DNA of 64,000 nt from NCBI GenBank assembly GCA_040756235.1, contig JBFLZG010000114.1:73125-137124 (forward strand). The letters are read 5' to 3'. This document shows, piece after piece, positions 60,832-64,000 of this stretch. The notes under the pieces were generated by a model, which saw only the letters and a program-made list of their open reading frames with translations, was not told the DNA's origin and ran no database searches. How positions within the stretch are numbered: position 1 is the stretch's first letter; every line of letters starts with the position of its first letter. This stretch comes from a bacterium (GTDB lineage Bacteria > Desulfobacterota > DSWW01). The translations under genes and the position numbers were made by a program.

Positions 60832-61743
60832 ATGAGTATCCTTGCAACGGCCTTCAGGCTTTATCTCGACGAAACCCGGCCGCAGTTCGTGGTGCTTTCC
60901 CTGGTTCTGGCTTTCCTGGGCGGCGGCATGGCGTTCGCGACCGGCAGCTTCCACGCCGGGCACGTCGCCCTTGCAGCGCTCGGTCTCACGCTGCTGCACG
61001 TCAGCGTCAACGTGCTGAACGACTACCACGATTTCCGCAGCGGGATCGACCTGGCGGTGGAGCGGACGCCGTTCAGCGGGGGCAGCGGCCTGCTGCCGGC
61101 CGGCCATATCCAGCCGGGAGATGCGCTCCGGCTGGGAGTGGCCTCCTTCCTGCTCTCGGTTCCGATCGGCATCTACTTCGTCCTGGAGAGAGGCCTCGTT
61201 CTGCTGCCCCTGTTCCTGGTGGGCGCCTTTCTGGTGGTCGCCTACACGCCGCTCATCACCCGCATCGGCTGGGGCGCGGCTGAGGTGTGCGCCGGGCTCG
61301 GGCTGGGCACGCTTCCGGTGGCCGGGATCTATTACATCCTGACGGGCCGGCTCACGGCCGAAGCCCTCTACGGCTCGATCCCGTCCGGGCTCCTGGTGGC
61401 CAACCTCCTGCTCCTGAACGAATTCCCGGATGTGGACGCGGACCGTCTGGGCAAGCGCAGGACCCTGCCGATCCAGTTCGGAAAGGTGAAGGCCGCCTGG
61501 GTCTTCACGAGCTTTGCGGCCGCAACCTACATCTGGATCTTCGTGGGGGTGGTGGCGGGAATGATGCCGCTCTGGGCGCTCCTCGGCTGCCTCACGCTCC
61601 CTTTCGCTCTCAAGGCCGCCCGCGGAGCCTTCCGGCCGGACGAGCGCGCGGGAATCGTCCCGGCTCTCCAGGCGAATGTCGTGGTGGTGCTGGCGACCCA
61701 GGCGCTTCTCGCGTTCGGCTTCGTCCTGTTCCGTGTGATCTGA
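60832..61743 (+). CDS. UbiA family prenyltransferase, MenA-like
   Basis: ETRPQF, NVLNDYHDFRSGID, TPFSGGSG, NEFPDVDADRLGKRRTL; many TM segments. Confidence 0.85.
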   Translation: MSILATAFRLYLDETRPQFVVLSLVLAFLGGGMAFATGSFHAGHVALAALGLTLLHVSVNVLNDYHDFRSGIDLAVERTPFSGGSGLLPAGHIQPGDALRLGVASFLLSVPIGIYFVLERGLVLLPLFLVGAFLVVAYTPLITRIGWGAAEVCAGLGLGTLPVAGIYYILTGRLTAEALYGSIPSGLLVANLLLLNEFPDVDADRLGKRRTLPIQFGKVKAAWVFTSFAAATYIWIFVGVVAGMMPLWALLGCLTLPFALKAARGAFRPDERAGIVPALQANVVVVLATQALLAFGFVLFRVI

Positions 61744-61786
61744 ATACCCGCTCAGCCGTTTTTCTGCGATCCCGCTCCTCTCTCTC

Positions 61787-62614
61787 CTAATGGGCCGACA
61801 GAAAATCGAGCACGGCCCCGTTCCATCGCACCGGGTCCTCGAAGTAAGGAGAGTGGCCGCACCCCGGGATCTCGACCACCTTTGCGCCGGCTACCAGCGC
61901 TGCCGCCTCCCGGATGTCTTCAGCCGGAAAGAGCGAATCCAGCGACCCGACCAGAAACAGCACCGGCGCCTTCAGCCTTTCCAGCTCCTCTGCTGTCCAC
62001 GTCACTTCCGACAGCTCCAGAAGGGCCGAGAGCGGCATCGGCGGCGCAAGGCTGGGAATCTGCGAGTAGAGAAAGGCCCGCGCCGGCTCCCGCGCCGCAA
62101 AGTCGGGCGCCAGGCAAGGGTGCTCGCATCCGACCGCCAGGTTCGGGTCGAGGAGCGCGCCCCCGACCCGCTCGCGGGCCTGCCGGGTCTTGTCCGAGGA
62201 GCCGGAGATCCGGATCCCGCCCAAAGTGTCGGCCATGACCAGAGAAAGCACGCGGTGCGGGTATGCGAGGGCAAAGCCCAGGATCACCCAGCCGCCCATC
62301 GACTGACCGACCAGATGCGCGCGCTCCACTCCGAGATGGTCCAGAAGAGCGCCCAGATCGCCCACCGCGGAGCGCGGACCGGCTTTCCCTCCGTGATTGG
62401 TGGAGCGGCCGAAGCCCCGCTGGTCCCAGGTGATCACCTGGTATCGCGGGACAAAGGCAGGCACCTGCTGATACCAGATTGCGTGATTGCCGCCGGCTCC
62501 ATGGCAGAAGACGACGGGCTCTCCTTGGCCGCAGACCTCGTAGTAGATCTGCTCTCCTCCTGATACCACGGTACCTGTCAACCGCTCGGCCGGACTCTTG
62601 GCTCGCTGTTCCAT
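61787..62614 (-). CDS. alpha/beta hydrolase
   Basis: HGAGG oxyanion, [14 protein letters not shown] nucleophile elbow, GSLD, GHSPYFE. Confidence 0.88.
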   Translation of the reverse strand: MEQRAKSPAERLTGTVVSGGEQIYYEVCGQGEPVVFCHGAGGNHAIWYQQVPAFVPRYQVITWDQRGFGRSTNHGGKAGPRSAVGDLGALLDHLGVERAHLVGQSMGGWVILGFALAYPHRVLSLVMADTLGGIRISGSSDKTRQARERVGGALLDPNLAVGCEHPCLAPDFAAREPARAFLYSQIPSLAPPMPLSALLELSEVTWTAEELERLKAPVLFLVGSLDSLFPAEDIREAAALVAGAKVVEIPGCGHSPYFEDPVRWNGAVLDFLSAH

Positions 62615-62880
62615 GGCTTGGGGCCCTCCGGTGGTCCGTACCCCAGGGTCATAGCATGTTTCGCGCCACTGATTCCAGGCTCCTTGCGCCGCGCCGACGT
62701 GGCGCCGATGCTCTTTTGCAGTCGAGCCCCAGCTTTCTCCGGTTACCTTCGTTTTCTCCTTTTCATCAGAACACAAATGGGGCACGCCGAGGAGTGGCGG
62801 GAGGCGCCCGGCACTCCGGCATAAAGAATGTTCCTGCGGCGGGCCGCAAAGCCCGTCAGAGAGACTCCAGGAGGACGCAA

Positions 62881-63498
62881 ATGGCCTTCGAACTCCCCAA
62901 GCTGCAATACCCGTATGACGCGCTGGAGCCGCACATCGACGCCCGGACCATGGAGATCCATCACAACAACCATCACGGCACCTATGTGAAGAACGTGAAC
63001 GCGGCCCTCGAAGGGCACCCCGAGCTACAGAAGAAGAGCATCGAGGAATTGCTGGGCAAACTGAACAGCCTGCCGGAAAACATCCGGACAGCGATCCGCA
63101 ACAACGGCGGAGGGCACGTCAATCATACCTTCTTCTGGACGATCATGGGCCCGAAGAAGGGCGGGGAACCCAAAGGGGAGGTGGCCAAGCGGATCGGCGA
63201 ATCCTTCGGCGGCTTCGACCCATTCAAGGCCGAGTTCAAGAAGGCGGCCCTCGGCCGGTTCGGCAGCGGATGGGTGTGGTTGCTCGCCGGCGACGGCGGA
63301 CGCCTGACCATCACGAGCACGCCGAACCAGGACAACCCGATCATGGAAGGGACCTCCCGCTTCATTCTCGGTCTGGATGTCTGGGAGCACGCCTACTACT
63401 TGAAGTACCAGTACCGCCGGGCCGACTACGTGGATGCCTGGTGGAACGTGGTCGACTGGGACGCGGTTGCGGATCGGTTCGCCCGCATCGCCAAGTAG
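62881..63498 (+). CDS. sodA: Fe/Mn superoxide dismutase (Mn-type signature)
   Basis: [51 protein letters not shown]. Confidence 0.92.
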   Translation: MAFELPKLQYPYDALEPHIDARTMEIHHNNHHGTYVKNVNAALEGHPELQKKSIEELLGKLNSLPENIRTAIRNNGGGHVNHTFFWTIMGPKKGGEPKGEVAKRIGESFGGFDPFKAEFKKAALGRFGSGWVWLLAGDGGRLTITSTPNQDNPIMEGTSRFILGLDVWEHAYYLKYQYRRADYVDAWWNVVDWDAVADRFARIAK

Positions 63499-63890
63499 GC
63501 CGCGAACGGGCCAGCGGCCCCTGGCGCTGCCTCTTCCTTGCTGCTCGATGCTGCCGCCAATCTGCGCCTGTGGCGCCGCGGCCCGCCCCCTCCGTACTCA
63601 GGACACGGTATTTCTGTGGGTCGCGTTGTCCGCCGGCAGCGTGGCGCCTGGCACCAAGGGTCGGAGATTGCGAGGCCCGGAGGGCAGCGGCAACCCCTCC
63701 CCTGCAGGCAGATCGCCACGCTCGCCCGAGGGGTCCAGGGACCCTTCTTACGGCCCCCCTCCGAGCTCCGGTTATCGGATCGGGCTTGCTCCGATTACGT
63801 CGAAAGGTTAAGACTTGGATTGCCCGGGCCCCAGAGACCTCCTCTGGTCGTGCACAAGGGAGAGAGATACCCGATACTGCGATCTATATA

Positions 63891-64000
63891 GAGCCTGTCC
63901 CAAAACGCCCATCTGCGGCGTTGCGCTCGTCCCTCGTCATTGCGGCGTACTGAAATGTACGCCTCATTCCTCGGGATTTCGCGCGCCTGGCATCTGGGCA
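63891..64000 (+). mobile_element. MITE-like element running off the window end
   Basis: GAGCCTGTCCCAAAACGCCCATCTGCGGCGTTGCGCTC...GTACGCCTCATTCCTCGGGA...GCATCTGGGCA. Confidence 0.75.

Noticed and set aside
52222..61743. Archaeal-type ether lipid pathway (GGPP synthase plus UbiA)
   Set aside because: The UbiA protein has MenA-like motifs and no GGGP synthase is visible.

Overview
A high-GC bacterial chromosomal segment, inferred from protein style to be a deltaproteobacterial-type diderm; the taxonomy is not proven. From left to right it holds: an acyl-CoA synthetase and small metabolic genes (quinone oxidoreductase, ilvE, sixA, DUF488); an envelope/heat-stress block (two HtrA/Deg proteases, dnaJ, a GldA/F/G+DUF4340 ABC system, dnaK, htpX, DUF1844); two tandem thiolases divergent from a DUF1302-DUF1329-YCF48-RND operon; a radical SAM-HhH gene; and a cobalamin-riboswitch-led surface B12 capture/TonB receptor operon. 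From 39.0 to 61.7 kb lies a lipid-biosynthesis region, the most interesting part. It has a 2957-aa type I PKS/FAS with the unusual order KS-AT-KS-ACP-ACP-KR-DH-PPTase, whose two ACPs both carry Thr (GIDT) instead of the phosphopantetheine-accepting Ser. The PKS is followed on the same strand by an acyl-CoA dehydrogenase and a serine-palmitoyltransferase-like alpha-oxoamine synthase, and faces a lipid O-methyltransferase. Next come isoprenoid/hopanoid genes (DUF116-prenyl synthase fusion, HMG-CoA synthase, HTH-GAF-PAS regulator, shc, hpnH, CruF-like), and two of their promoters share a 19-bp palindrome. A modular MITE family and GTAG-type palindromes are scattered through the intergenic regions. 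No rRNA, tRNA or CRISPR array was seen. All family calls come from motif recognition by eye, not from database searches.
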